Shown in pieces: positions 1-12,680 of a DNA stretch of 64,000 nucleotides. Location of the stretch: contig OX597820.1 in assembly GCA_951406725.2 (NCBI GenBank), forward strand, positions 112,344,001-112,408,000, written 5' to 3'. A program made the position numbers and the translations under genes. Within the stretch, counting starts at the first letter, position 1; the number at the start of each line of letters is the position of its first letter. The notes beneath the pieces are model-generated. The model was not told where the DNA came from. It searched no databases and was given only the letters and a program-made list of their open reading frames with translations. This stretch comes from Octopus vulgaris. Lineage: Eukaryota.

Positions 1-41
<41 letters not shown>

Positions 42-758
42 TTATATGTGTATTCTTTCTTTTTATTTGTTTCGGTCATTGGACTGTGGTCATGCTGGGG
101 TACAGCAAATTGGCCCCAGTACTTACTTTTCTTTTTTTAAGTCTGATACTTTTATACTATCTTTTTTGCGGAGTGTCAAGTTACAGGGATATAAACAAAC
201 CAACACCAGTTGTCAAGCGGTGTGACAGGAAAACACAAACAAGACGACACCCACAAATATATACATACATACATATATATGTTTATATATGTATGTATAC
301 GTATGTATATACATATGTATATATACATATGTATATATATGTGTATATATATATATGTTTGTGTACAACAACTCTACTACTACTGACCTCCTACAATGAC
401 TGACTGACTTTATAGTGGCTGTTCATACCACTTTGTCATGTAGGATGAGGAGTACCATTTTCACTACAACAGTATGTAGGTAGAATTAAATTAGGCAGCT
501 GTTTAACGATATATCACCAAAAAGGAAGACTATAATTGTGATTAACTATGAAAGATGGTATTAGGACACCTGCAATGCTAGAAATAAGAGTTAAAATGCT
601 CTGATGCTGCAGTGAATGCACACAGTTGTATACATACACACTGACAACAACAAGAAAGGTTCCGTTAGGGCCTTTGAAACATTAAGTAGCACCGAATCTG
701 AATCAAACTGTTTTGAATAATATATATATATATATATATACATACATATATATATATA

Positions 759-1928
759 CTAGCTGTATAGCCTGGCTTTGCTCGGGATTAAGTTAAGATT
801 ATTAAGCTAATCAAGCTCTTTATTTCAAACCAAACTAAGTAACATCGACATCAAATTTGAGTGAAATTCGTTGAAATTGGTAAACTTTTGGCTGAAAATG
901 AGTTGCTGATAATTTGATTGGGAGATCCAATAAGGAATCAGTTTATCGATTTTTTTTTTCCCGTTTTTGGAGAACTTAAAGCATTCAAAGATCCTACAAG
1001 TCCTAAGTAATGCTGGCTTCAAGTTTGAACAAAATACATCAAAATTGGTAAAAGTTATGGTTGAAAATGGGGTGTAGTCAATTTTAGTGGGAAGTCCTCT
1101 AAGGAATCGGTTTATCGATTTTTTTTTATCCTGATTAAATAGAAAACCCCATAAGGAATCAGTTTATTGATTTTTCACTCCAAATAGGACTTAACCGAAC
1201 ATTGCTGATTCAAAAACATCAATATTTATACTTTAAAGTTGGTTTTTGTACCCAACCCAGTTCTGCAGAATCAATGTCGTGACAGGAGCACATAGGCTGG
1301 GAGTTTGATTGGCAGAGGTGATCAGGTTGCATATGCCAACCCTTTTGAAAACACCACTCCCATCATGTAACCCCATTTTGCCCATGGGTTGGGAACCCTT
1401 TCAGCTAGGAAAATAGAACGCCCAAAAGGGCCCCCGATCGTCTGTGTGAGAAGCGGTTATGTTTAGATCACAACCAAGTATATATATATGGGTAACACAC
1501 ACACATACATGTGTTTTGTACGCATACATGTTCGTGTGTGTGACTGAAGCCATTCACACATACATACGTACATAACAACCCCTATCTGTCTGTTTTTGCC
1601 TCTCAATCACTCACTAAAAAGACGAAATTTTAAAAATTCTGTTCTCTCTCTCTCTCTCTCCCCCTCTCTCTGTCTCTGTCTGTCTGTCTCTCTCTCTCCC
1701 TCTGTTTCCACCGTCACTAGAAGGGGACTTAACTCATATTTGCAAATGGCATATTTCTCCGATTTAAAAAATGTTTAAACATTACGGTTCAAAATTATTT
1801 TTACTGTTATTTGCTGGTGCCTTGGGGGAAAATAATTTGATGAAAATACAGCTAGGGACATGACGAATATCCTCCTAAAATTTGAGTGACATGTGTGCTA
1901 ATTTGTGGATGTGCATAAACTATGTTCA

Positions 1929-1969
<41 letters not shown>

Positions 1970-1990
1970 CCTGCCTTTTATATATACAGA
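759..1990 (-). mobile_element. Non-autonomous Helitron-like element
   Basis: Minus strand begins A|TC(TGTATATATAAAAGGCAG) and ends CCCGAGCAAAGCCAGG...CTAG|T; no TSD. Confidence 0.6.
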
Positions 1991-2169
1991 TATCTCACAA
2001 ATATCATACCATACCATGTCAAAGAAGGAAAGGCATATTGGAAAAGGATCTACTTCTAATGTTTTAGCCTATAAAAACCCCCACAAAATGAGGAGATGGT
2101 CATAGCTGGGATACTTGATCATAAGTCTCTTTAATCAGGACTGACTTCAAGTTAAACAAGCTGGAAATG

Positions 2170-2608
2170 TAATCCTTTAGCATTCAGATTATTCTGTCAA
2201 ATGAAATGTTTATGTATTCACATTTCTTTGAATAAATCTTAAAGCTACAAGATTTAGATGGGATTGTTTATTTTCACAATGACAGTGAAGGAAAGGTGTG
2301 AGAGATTAGATCTGGCCAGTTTGAACATAAAACATGTAGGATTCTTGGGTCAGATATGGATGGTTTGATTGCTAAAGAGTTATTAACTCTTTTGTTAACA
2401 TATTTCTGTTGTAATACAGTTGCTATGTTTCAATTCATTTTGAAATTATAGAAGAATTTAGTAAAAAAACTTTATTATTAAGCTGCTGTTTAGAATATAA
2501 ATTAACATGGAATTTTAATGGTGGTTTTAATTTATATAATTTTAAAACATGGATTTTGCATTATAAAACCAGGGCCAGTCTCTGGCAGGTTGCTGTCAAA
2601 AGGTTTAA
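2170..2608. mobile_element. Two adjacent degraded TTAA-type MITEs
   Basis: Termini resemble ttaaccctt...aagggttaa; the second is similar to the MITE at 12461-12680. Confidence 0.45.
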
Positions 2609-3309
2609 ATATATTTAAGAAATTAAATATTGAGTGATGATAAAATTAATCTAATTTGTCTGAGTTAGTGTTAGTTTGAGGAGACCTCTTGTGATGGCTG
2701 TATCTGTCTAATGTTTGTATGAAATATAAATATTTGAACAAAGCAAAATAAATTATTGGCTCTGTAAGTGTAGTGTGATGGAGGAAAAGGACAACAGAAA
2801 AAGAAGCAACGGGAGAAAGAAATACAAAAGGCCTTACCTCGGCGAAATCAGTGATCTCTCACGAATTCAACACATCCTGCCTATGCTGGAACTGACCACG
2901 CTTCCTCGCTGACCACACGTGCTTCCTGCTACGCATGCACCCTTCACCCTTCCGCCAGCCCCTGCAAGCCCTACTTCCGCCCACCTCATCTGTCATCCTC
3001 TCCACCAACACCACATAGCTCATCATGGCCCATAACACCGACTGCCAACACCACAGTAAGTATGGAAAAAATGGCATTACCATCATCTTTTAAGATTTAC
3101 CAAAATGTAAATATACAGTTAACCTTAGAGATTGTACACTGAAGATAGTTAATTTTCAATAACTTCTTTCAAATTCTAGAACATGCTTTGCAAGGTCAAA
3201 TTACAATTGACATTTAGTAGAAATACACATGCACACATACACACAAACATGCATATACACATATATACATTCACAAATATATAAATACATATGCATATGT
3301 TATATATAA

Positions 3310-3740
3310 GACCGTCAACAGGATTCCATACTCTGTGATCAGATAGTTGCTAAGAGGCATGGATTTAACGAATGATTTTTGTCAACATGGTTAGAGTAGG
3401 CAGGGGTCCATCAGGACTCAGTTCTCAGGGCTTATCCATTCAATAATAGTCCTTCAAGCTATAACAGAGGATTTTAAATTTGCTGCTTGCTATGATTCTT
3501 ACATGCTAATGACCTAATTTTCATAGCTGAATCCAAAGGAGAATTAGAGATGGAAGCCAACCTAGAATCATATGTCTCTAGGTAGAATTAACAAAAATTA
3601 ATGTATTAGTAAGTAGGTATAACACAAAATCCTACCACAATCAGGGAAATGGCATTACTTGAGATATAGGAAAGGAGGTAGATATTCCACATAGTGACCC
3701 TAGTGTAAACTATGGACACAAGAAATGTAATGGGATCTAG
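3310..3740 (+). mobile_element. Degraded RTE-clade LINE fragment (RT region)
   Basis: Broken frames give VGVHQDSVL (GVxQGSVL) and HANDLIFIAES (YADD-like). Confidence 0.55.
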
Positions 3741-3803
3741 GCTAATTAGTCACATGTAACTAATTAGCTGTGTGAATAAGCATGATAAAAGAATAGTACC
3801 TAG

Positions 3804-3851
<48 letters not shown>

Positions 3852-4099
3852 AACATCAAAGTTGGTTTGTAATCTGAATCTCCGTTAATTACCTCATAAA
3901 TTTGTGGTTCTGAAGAAGTTGATTTATTTTAATATTTGATATAGCTTTTGTGTTATTTGTTTTTTTAAAAATAATTTTATGAATTAAATATTTTTCATGA
4001 GACACAAAAATCACTTCAGTCATGTTTTCATTTAAATAAAATTCAAATAATCAAAGATAAAATTTGTTCATAGTGGAAATTGAATCCAACTTTTATATA

Positions 4100-4266
4100 G
4101 GCGTAGGAGTGACTGTGTGGTAAGTAGCTTGCTTACGAACAACATGGTTCTGGGTTCAGTCCCACTGTGTGGCACCTTGGGCAAGTGTCTTCTACTATAG
4201 CCTCGGGCTGACCAAAGCCTTGTGAGTGGATTTGGTAAATGGAAACTAAAAGAAACCCATCGTATA

Positions 4267-4321
<55 letters not shown>

Positions 4322-4527
4322 ATGTTTGTGTGTCTGTGTTTGTCCCCCCAACATTGCTTGACAACTGATGCTGGTGTGTTTATGTCCCCGTAGCTTTGCG
4401 GTTTGGCAAAAGAGACCAATAGAATAAGTACTAGGTTTAGAAAGAATAAGTCCTAGGGTCGATTTGCTCAACTAAATGTGGTGCTCCAACATGGTCACAG
4501 TCAAATGAGTGAAACAAGTAAAAGAGT
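4100..4527 (+). mobile_element. tRNA-derived SINE, family A (full length, internal (TA)n/(TG)n)
   Basis: A-box-like GTGACTGTGTGGTAAG, B-box GGTTCAGTCCC, AAAAGAGT tail. Near-identical to 52471-52890; partial copies at about 55-250, 6860-7090, 14341-14503, 18480-18575, 24010-24120, 47040-47185 and 60856-61010. Confidence 0.85.
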
Positions 4528-5138
4528 ATAGCTTTATTGAGCTATTTTTATACAAAAATACTTCTTCATTGTAGGAACAATCTTTTTTAATCTCTGAAGG
4601 TAAACCAATAAAATTTTGTAATAGCATTTTATTAATGACTAGCAATATGACCTGGCAACACCTGGTCATAGTGCTAGTGCATGCATATACAGCTGCGTGT
4701 GCGCACACATACACGCGAGTACTGCCCAAATCTCTGACCAATCACATACAGCTAGCTGGTATTCAATTGGCGTATCAAGTTTCGGGCATTTTGATTCGGT
4801 TTTGGATAGAAAATTCACAAAAAAGTCACTTCTATTGATTTTTTAATGGCTTTGCAGGGTGACTGGGGAAATGTAAAGATGTGCATAACCATCCATGGAC
4901 AGTTTTGAATGACCATAGAAAGTGCGAGCCCTCTAACTGAAAAATTGTGGATTTGTATAAAGGACACACACACAGACATTTTGCCGTTTATATATATAAA
5001 GGTAACAAATCTGTTTACTAACAGTTCTCTACTAAATGTCTATATTAGATTAATTTTTCATTTCATTTTCTTTTCTAGAAAATGCCATGTGTTGACTATA
5101 TTTGTGAATGAGAAGAGCATAGAAATATAGTTACAAGT

Positions 5139-5179
<41 letters not shown>

Positions 5180-5184
<5 letters not shown>

Positions 5185-6471
5185 TATTATAAAAGGCAGA
5201 TTTTATCTGCCTCCCTTTGTCACTTATGGAAATCTACAATATAGGATTTCTTCAATTACAATTTACCTAGCATTTTTAAGAGTAGAATGCATCGGGTCAT
5301 GCCAGGTCCAGTTTTTAAAATTTAAACTCCAATTAAGCAAAATTTACAGAAAACTCACATTCTTGTGTGTATGTCAAATGCTTTTCTTAGTCTGGTTTAC
5401 AGCACACGCAAACGCACACACACAGTGTGCAACGAATAAAGTGAAACTAATTCACTGTGAGTGTGTTGACAGGTAGACAATAGAATGCGATGGCGATGTA
5501 ATATTTGTTTCTGTCTATCACGCTGATAGATACATGAGTAAAATGTATGGCAAGCTAAGAGATAAGAGTGAGTGAAAATGTTCTTGGAAGAGAGTAAATA
5601 GCGACAGAGTGATTTGAGGAAGACTAAACTGAAAGTATGAAACAGTGTTTATGTATAAACAGACGACACTTATATATAGTTATTAATAAATGTATGCATC
5701 CGTTTAACCCTTTCGTTACCAAACCGCCCGAATTTACCTATTCATATTTAAATGAGAATATCAGAGTAAATCTCTTTAGTACATTCGTGAAAACATGTAT
5801 TATACTTCGTAAACACTTCAAATACAGTTTTGTACAAAAATCGAAGTGTAATTTTAATTCCGTGAATTATGGGAGATTTTTTTCCGAAATTTGTTCCTAT
5901 TGTGTTTTCAAAATTTGTAATTCTGACAAAAAATGGATACGAATTTCATTATATCAAGCAGTGAGTCAGAATTCGAAGGATTTTCTACTGAAGACCTTCA
6001 TAAATCTAACTCTATGACTGAAAAAAAAAAGCATCTCTTATTATAAAAGGCAGATTTTATCTGCCTCCCTTTGTCAGTTATAGAAATCTACAATATAGGA
6101 TTTCTTCAATTACAATTTACCTAGCATTTTTAAGAGTAGAATGCATCGGGTCATGCCAGGTCCAGTTTTTAAAATTTAAACTCCAATTAAGCAAAATTTA
6201 CAGAAAACTCACATTCTGGTGTGTATGTCAAATGCTTTTCTTAATGTGGTTTACACCACACGCACACACACAGTATGCAATGAATAAAATGAAAGTAATT
6301 CACTGTGTGTGTGTTGACAGGTAGACAATAGAATGCGATGGCGATGTAATATTTGTTTCTCTCTATCACGCTGATAGATACATGAGTAAAATGTATGGCA
6401 AGCTAAGAGATAAGAGTGAGTGAAAATGTTCTTGGAAGAGAGTAAATAGCGAGAGTGATTTGAGGAAGACT
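5180..6471 (+). mobile_element. Helitron-like element with a directly duplicated ~440-bp 5' segment
   Basis: TCTCTTATTATAAAAGGCAG... at 5180-5625 repeated almost exactly at 6034-6471; 5' end resembles other Helitron-like copies here; TTAACCC MITE-like end at 5704. Confidence 0.5.
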
Positions 6472-6497
6472 TTACATTAAATAACCATAGTGGCTTG

Positions 6498-6529
<32 letters not shown>

Positions 6530-6530
6530 C

Positions 6531-6790
6531 ATAAGACAGTAAGGTGTGATTTGAGGGAGATTTGGCTGCTATTTCTACCATGTCTAGCTGCCATGTAGGG
6601 GTCTCCCTCATAGGCTCATACATACATATATACATAGATAAGACAGTAAGGTGTGATTTGGGGGAAATTTGGCTGCTATTTCTACCAGGTCTAGCTACCA
6701 TGTAGAGGTCCCCCTCATTGGCTCATATACATACATAAGACAGTAAGGTGTGATTTGAGGGAGATTTGGCTGCTGTTTCTACCAGGTCTG
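6531..6790 (+). repeat. Tandem repeat, ~100-108 bp unit x2.5
   Basis: ATAAGACAGTAAGGTGTGATTTG(A/G)GGGA(G/A)ATTTGGCTGCT... begins near 6531, 6638 and 6736. Confidence 0.85.
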
Positions 6791-7154
6791 TTGGGCCTTC
6801 TCATGTAAACTCAAGCTTTCTCATGCCTTGAACATAAGACCAAAGCAGAGAATGTATTCTTTTATTCTTCTGCTTTTTCCAGCCATTGGTCTGTGGCCAT
6901 GCTGGGGCAATGCCTTGAAGAATTGTAGTTTAATGAATCAACTCCAGTTTTATTTTTGTAAGCATTGTACTTATTCTATCTGTTTCCTTTGTCAAACCAC
7001 TAGGTGACAGGGATGTAAACAAACCAACATTCGTTGTCAAGCAGTGGTGGAGGACAATCACAAGCACAGACACGCACACACACATACATGCATACACATA
7101 TACACACATACATACATACATACATATATATATATATATGTGTGTATATATATA

Positions 7155-7413
7155 TTGCAGCGTGGAAGGTGTTTGTAAGCCATTTAAGAAACACACAAAA
7201 ACCGTTAGATTCACTTCAACATTTAAATTTAATTTGCCAAAATATTTTCCTCGCTTTGAGACCGCGACCTGTTAGCACGATATTTTTGTCAGTGAACAGG
7301 TCGCGGTCTCAAAGCGAGGAAAATATTTTGGCAAATTAAATTTAAATGTTGAAGTGAATCTAACATTTTTTGTGTGTTTCTTAAATGGCTTATAAACACC
7401 TCCAACGCTGCAA
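7155..7413. repeat. Long inverted repeat (119-bp arms, 21-bp spacer)
   Basis: 7155-7273 is the reverse complement of 7295-7413 with few mismatches. Confidence 0.92.
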
Positions 7414-7579
7414 CTGTTTTCGTTCCAGCACACGATCTCAGATCAAGTCACTTGCTATGCAAGTACATCTCTGTAACTATATATATATTTATATATATAT
7501 ATATATATATGTATATTGGTAAAAACAGTAAGATAACAAAAGAAAGAAAGTGACCTCAATATTATGTAAATAGAGGAAA

Positions 7580-7973
7580 TCTTTATATATAAAAGTGAGG
7601 TTGTGTGTCTGTCTCCTACGATTTAGATTCCTAGCTACTCCCACATTTTGTGTTGCAGTTTAACCAAAACCGGGTATCTTATAGTCGTGATTCATATCGA
7701 GACCGTCTGGGTATTAGCGCGCGTCTACGATGAGTCTACGATTTAAAAAAAAATTTACCATCAATTTTTCCCATTTTTAATCCATTTTTGACATATATAA
7801 GGGAAGTAACTCTCTAAAATTTATTATTAAATCTCAGAACGTAAAAAGCTACAGTAACACCCCTCCTCCTTTGTGGTTAGCCATATTGAGATGGCTATTA
7901 TACTTTACATCTCTAAAAATGCTTATATAATTATTTCCCTTACAAACCCGAGCAACGCCGGGCGATACTGCTA

Positions 7974-7974
<1 letters not shown>
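7580..7974 (+). mobile_element. Non-autonomous Helitron-like element
   Basis: A|TC start, CCCGAGCAACGCCGGG hairpin, CTAG|T end; 3' end near-identical to 30445-30827. Confidence 0.7.
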
Positions 7975-8006
<32 letters not shown>

Positions 8007-8009
<3 letters not shown>

Positions 8010-8335
8010 TCATCATCATCATCGTTTAGCGTCCGTTTTCCATGCTAGCATGGGTTGGATGGTTCAACTGGGGTCTGTGAAGCCAGAAGGCTTCATCAGG
8101 CCCAGTCAGATCTGGCAGTGTTTCTATGGCTGGATGCCCTTCCTAACGCCAACAACTCCGTGAGTGTAGTGGGTGCTTTTTACGTGCTACCCGCACAGGT
8201 GCCAGACAGAGCTGGCAAACGGCCACGAACGGATGGTGCTTTTTATGTGCCACTGGCACGGGGGCCAGGCGAGGCTGGCAACGGACACGAACGGATGGTG
8301 CTTTTTACGTGCAACCGGCATGAGGCCAGTCGGGG

Positions 8336-8412
<77 letters not shown>

Positions 8413-8575
8413 TATATCATCATCGTCGTTTTTAACGTCCGTTCTCCATGCTAGCATGGGTTGGACGGTTCGACCGGGGTTCTGGGAAGCCAGAAGGCTG
8501 CACCAGGCTCCAGTCTAAATTTGGCAATGTTTCTACAGCTGGATGCCCTTCCTAACGCCAACCACTCCGTGAGTG
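8007..8575 (-). mobile_element. Two (GAT)n-tailed SINE/RTE-tail elements, family C
   Basis: Each starts on + with (CAT)n-CGTTT..CGTCCGTT.TCCATGCTAGCATGGGTTGGA and contains TGGATGCCCTTCCTAACGCCAAC; relatives at about 9985-10182, 13800-13880, 46560-46800 and 56820-56990. Confidence 0.7.
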
Positions 8576-8581
8576 TATATG

Positions 8582-8645
<64 letters not shown>

Positions 8646-10200
8646 TGTATATGGTAACTATTGTATGTGTATGTAAATGTTTGTGCACATCCTATGTTTA
8701 TGTGTGCAATATAATAGTGTTCAGTAATGATTTTTCAGAAATCCTTTTTTAAATACTTCTATTCTTCTGTACAAAGAAAACCTATTTCATAAAATATATT
8801 TAGAATTTTGAAACATTAGGAATATTATCTTTTTATTTATTTATTTTTATTAAAATACATGTCTGACTCTTTCAAAAACTCATATAGTCCATCATTTTGT
8901 ACACTTTTTAATTTGTCTCTTTGTGAAGCAGACTTGGTAATTTTCCATCTTCTCAACTGGGGACCAAATTGCCCAAATTCAACTTACGTTTTCTGTCTAT
9001 TTCTTCTAAAACAAATCTACCTCAGCTATCACTTTATGTCTTTCTTGTTATAAAGAGTCTTTATTTTAAGTATTTTGTTCTTGCATTGTGTCAATGCAAG
9101 AACAAAATACTTAAAACAAATCATTAGCATGCTGAGCAAAATGCTCAGTGGTATTTCGTCCGTCTTTCTGTTCTAAGTTTAAATTCTGTGCAGATCAACT
9201 TTGCCTTTTGACCTTTCTGTGTTGATGAAATAAGTACTTGATATAATCGACTAGCATCCATCCCAAAATTTCAGGCCTTGTGCCTTTAGTAGAAAGTCTT
9301 ATTTTATTAAGCTAAGTTTATATTTCTTTTGTTTCAAGTCACAGTCTTCTCTTATTTGATGTAAATTTAAGGACAATTGCCTTAAGGGTAGGGAGCCAAA
9401 TATAGAATTATAATAAAATCTTCAGAAATTGATTCTGTTTAGGATAGAATATTTCTTTAGCTCTCTATTGTGGTGAGAGAAGTATTACAAATTAATTAAA
9501 TCTAGTCTGTATTTTGGATTCTTGTGGACCTGTTAACTAAGATAGGGTTGATTTCTTTATCATTCTGTGAGAACTTTTCACTAAAAAGTTTATAAAGTTA
9601 ACTCTTATATGGTTTGTTATAAGTGCTAGAAATATATTTACTGAATAAAATTTGATTTAATAGATTTAATTCTAATAGTTATCATTTCCTCTTTTTAATT
9701 TTGATTGCAAATTTTGATACAAGGCAACAATTTTGTGGGAAGGGGTAAGTCAATTTCTTTAATCCCAATATTCAACTGTTACATATTTTATTGACCCCCA
9801 AAAGGGATGGAAAACGAAGTCAACCTCAACAGAATTTTCCCTTTTTTCCCTTTAATCACATTTCCTATCATACTTTAATCTCCCATCATTCAATCATACT
9901 TCAGTCTTTCAACAACTAGTACAAAGTCACCTCCATCATTTTTACTTCCTTCCCAGTTCAGGAATCTTGCCTTGTAACTTACATGGGGATCCTACCGGTG
10001 CTGGTGCTGCGTAAAAATCACTCAGCATACTCTGTAAAGTGGTTGATATTAAGTAGGGCATCCAGTTGTAGAAACCTTGTCAAAGCAGGCAGTGAAGCTG
10101 CTGGCTCGTCAGCTCTTGTAAAACCGTACAACCCATGCCAGCATAGAAAATGTTAAATGGTCAGGATGATGATGATGATGATATACATATATATATATAA

Positions 10201-10440
10201 GGCAGTGAGCTGGCAGAATCGTTTGCACGCCGGGCGAAATGCGTAGCTGTATTTCGTCTGCCGTTACGTTCTGAGTTCAAATTCCGCTGTGGTCAACTTT
10301 GCCTTTCATCCTTTTGGGGTCGATAAATTAAGTACCAGTTACGCACTGGGGTCGATGTAATCGACTTAATCTGTGTGTTCCGTGTGTCTGTCCTTGTCTG
10401 TCCACTCTATGTTTAGCCCCTTGTGGGTAGTAAAGAAATA
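10201..10440 (+). mobile_element. tRNA-derived SINE, family B (full length)
   Basis: GAGCTGGCAGAA A-box-like, GAGTTCAAATTCC B-box, TTTGCCTTTCATCCT core; near-identical to 16853, 24440 and 59575 copies. Confidence 0.85.
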
Positions 10441-10520
10441 GATATATATATCGCCATATATATATATTGCCATACACACATTTTTTCTCTCCTAGTTTCT
10501 CTCCATGTTTTTTCTGTGTC

Positions 10521-10557
10521 CTTTTCTGTAGAAAAGCGTAGGCTTGAAACGTAAAAG
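10521..10557 (+). ncRNA. Hammerhead-like variant (non-canonical CTGTAGA core) in a related short repeat (approx. 10481-10648)
   Basis: CTTTT-CTGTAGA-A-AAGC-GTAG-GCTT-GAAA-CG-TA-AAAG; same architecture as 19017 but with A6 replaced by U. Confidence 0.45.
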
Positions 10558-10944
10558 ACTTTTTCTATTCCTGAGCGTTATACTAATACATCTGTTTGTT
10601 TTGTACACCACCTGTCTTCGTCTTTTGTTGTTTTCGTAAACTCTCCCTATATATATATATATTATCATTGTAAAGAGATATTTATCACTTTCTTCTCTAA
10701 TCTTCAGGTTGTCTTCGCTTAAAGATAGCCATTGGTGACATAATTTTTGCTTGGTAGGGGCAGTAACTCAGTCGTATTTATACTAAAGTTGCTTCCCTTG
10801 GATCCTCTGTAATTTACATGTTTAAAGAATTATTCATAAAGTGTATGATTTCTAGGTTTTGAAATTGCTAATTTAAATAATTTCCCAACAATGGAACAAT
10901 ACTTTAGTACTTATCAGATATACCTGAACAGAAGAATATCATAT

Positions 10945-11550
10945 ACAGGGTGCGATGGGTAAACTGTCACCATTTTATACTTTTAATTTCGTGCATGTGC
11001 ATTGTTGTTTTTGATTTTGTTGACTACACAGTATAGTAGGGTCAGTTGGGCACCGTCTATAAGATAAACAGCATCGTAACTAAATTCACTCTGCCAGAAT
11101 ATTGGCAACGATATGCTGTACTGCTTGGTATTCACGCTTGAAACTTCACTACAAACATTTCAGAGTGTTTGGATGTCACTCTGAGGACATGTACCGAGAG
11201 TGATAAAAATCAAACATCCAGTCAACATTATGGGTTTTGGAGTGAACACTAGTGAAGGCGACGTTATGCCTCCATTTCATCTTCTCACGCGGCTTCAGAC
11301 TAAACACGGAGGCCTACACCAAGTGCCTGGAGGAGGTAGTGCTGCCCTGGATCATGAGGGTGACTGTTGGAAGACCCTATGTCAGGCAACAACACTCTGC
11401 ACCATGCCACACAAGCAGGAGAACCCAGTCATGGCTGTCAGACAATTTCTGCTACCACATCACCCCTAATATCTGGCCACCTAACTCCCCAGACTGCGAT
11501 CCCCTTGATTATTATGTGTGAGGCATAGTTGAGCAAAAGACCAACAAAAC
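10945..11550 (+). mobile_element. Tc1/mariner-superfamily DNA transposon remnant (D,D,D type)
   Basis: TA-CAGGGTG TIR; frameshifted transposase KHPVNIMGFG, QQHSAPCH, WPPNSPDCDPLDYYV; same family as 48952-49818 and 32520-32885. Confidence 0.8.
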
Positions 11551-11554
11551 TCTA

Positions 11555-12332
11555 GACTTCTCTAACAAGAGCCGGTACTGTGTTTCCACCTTGGATGGCA
11601 GAGTAAGGGTGTGGTGCAAGAAGGGATGCATGTGTCATGGAGAGAGACACGTGGGGTGGCCAAAGCGTCATGGTTTGGTGTGCTATAGGTCTGAATCAGA
11701 GAATTGGGCCCCATGTGTTCCAAAATGTTGGTGCAGGCAGAGGAAATGGCATCACAGTGCAGCGCTATGTTGACCAAATTCTAAGACCTCACATCGTGCC
11801 CTTCTTCATGTGTCACTGTAGCCACGTGTTTCAGCAGGACAATGCTCCCTCCCACACAGGCAGGATCACTATGGACTTCCTGTGACAGCAAGATGTCAGA
11901 ACCATGTGTGACCAACTTTCAGCCTGGATTTGAATCCAATTGAACACCCGTGGAATGAAATCCAGAGACGGCTAAACCAGGTGGTTCCAAGGCTAACAAC
12001 TTAAGTGGAGCTGGAGGCAGCTTTTCTCAGGGTGTGGGCACAGGTGCCAATGGCTTTTGTGAACCACTTCATGCACTCCATGTACCGATGGTGTGTGGCC
12101 AGTTTGAACACCCAAGGAGGGCATACACAGTATTGAACATGTCACACCCTACAATCTTGATGTGTTGGACCCACCCACTACCAGAACACATGACAATGAC
12201 CCATAGACTGTAGTCAAAGTGCATCCAAGAAATTGATTTTAACAGATTTATCAAAATTTATCTCTAAAATAATGAAATTAAAACGTATTTCAAAGTCACA
12301 CACATCTCATGTTTCTTTTGCGGTTCAGTGTA
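11555..12332 (+). mobile_element. Tc1-like (DDE) transposase remnant
   Basis: DGRVRVW, WGGQSVMVWCAIG, FQQDNAPSH, (S)LDLNPIEH motifs; ends ...CAGTG-TA. Confidence 0.8.
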
Positions 12333-12460
12333 TTAATCCCAAACTTATGTAATTATGATACATAAGCAATGAATTAATTTAAATTACATTAATTTAAGTT
12401 ACATTAACTTAAACTGATATCTACCCCAAATCATTTAAGTATTAACTCCTACTAGTTTAA

Positions 12461-12680
12461 CCCTTTCATTACTGTATTTATTTTGAGATGCTCTGTGCTT
12501 CTTTCAATTACTTTAAATATAACAAAGAATTTAGTAAAATAACTTAGTTATCACTCAGCTAGTGTTAGGAGCATAAATTGTGACTAAGGTTTGGAAGAAG
12601 ATTTTAATTCAAAACTTATGAAAACAAGACACTTGTACTCGGAGCCAGAGCCGGTTTTAGCTGGGTTGGTAACAAAAGGG
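12461..12680. mobile_element. piggyBac-like MITE
   Basis: TTAA|CCCTTTCATTAC ... GTAACAAAAGGG|TTAA: TIRs plus TTAA duplication; related copy at about 62461-62680. Confidence 0.75.

Noticed and set aside
2859-3086. 75-aa minus-strand ORF as a gene
   Set aside because: No recognisable motif, and it stops before the nearby donor; kept only as a low-interest GC island.
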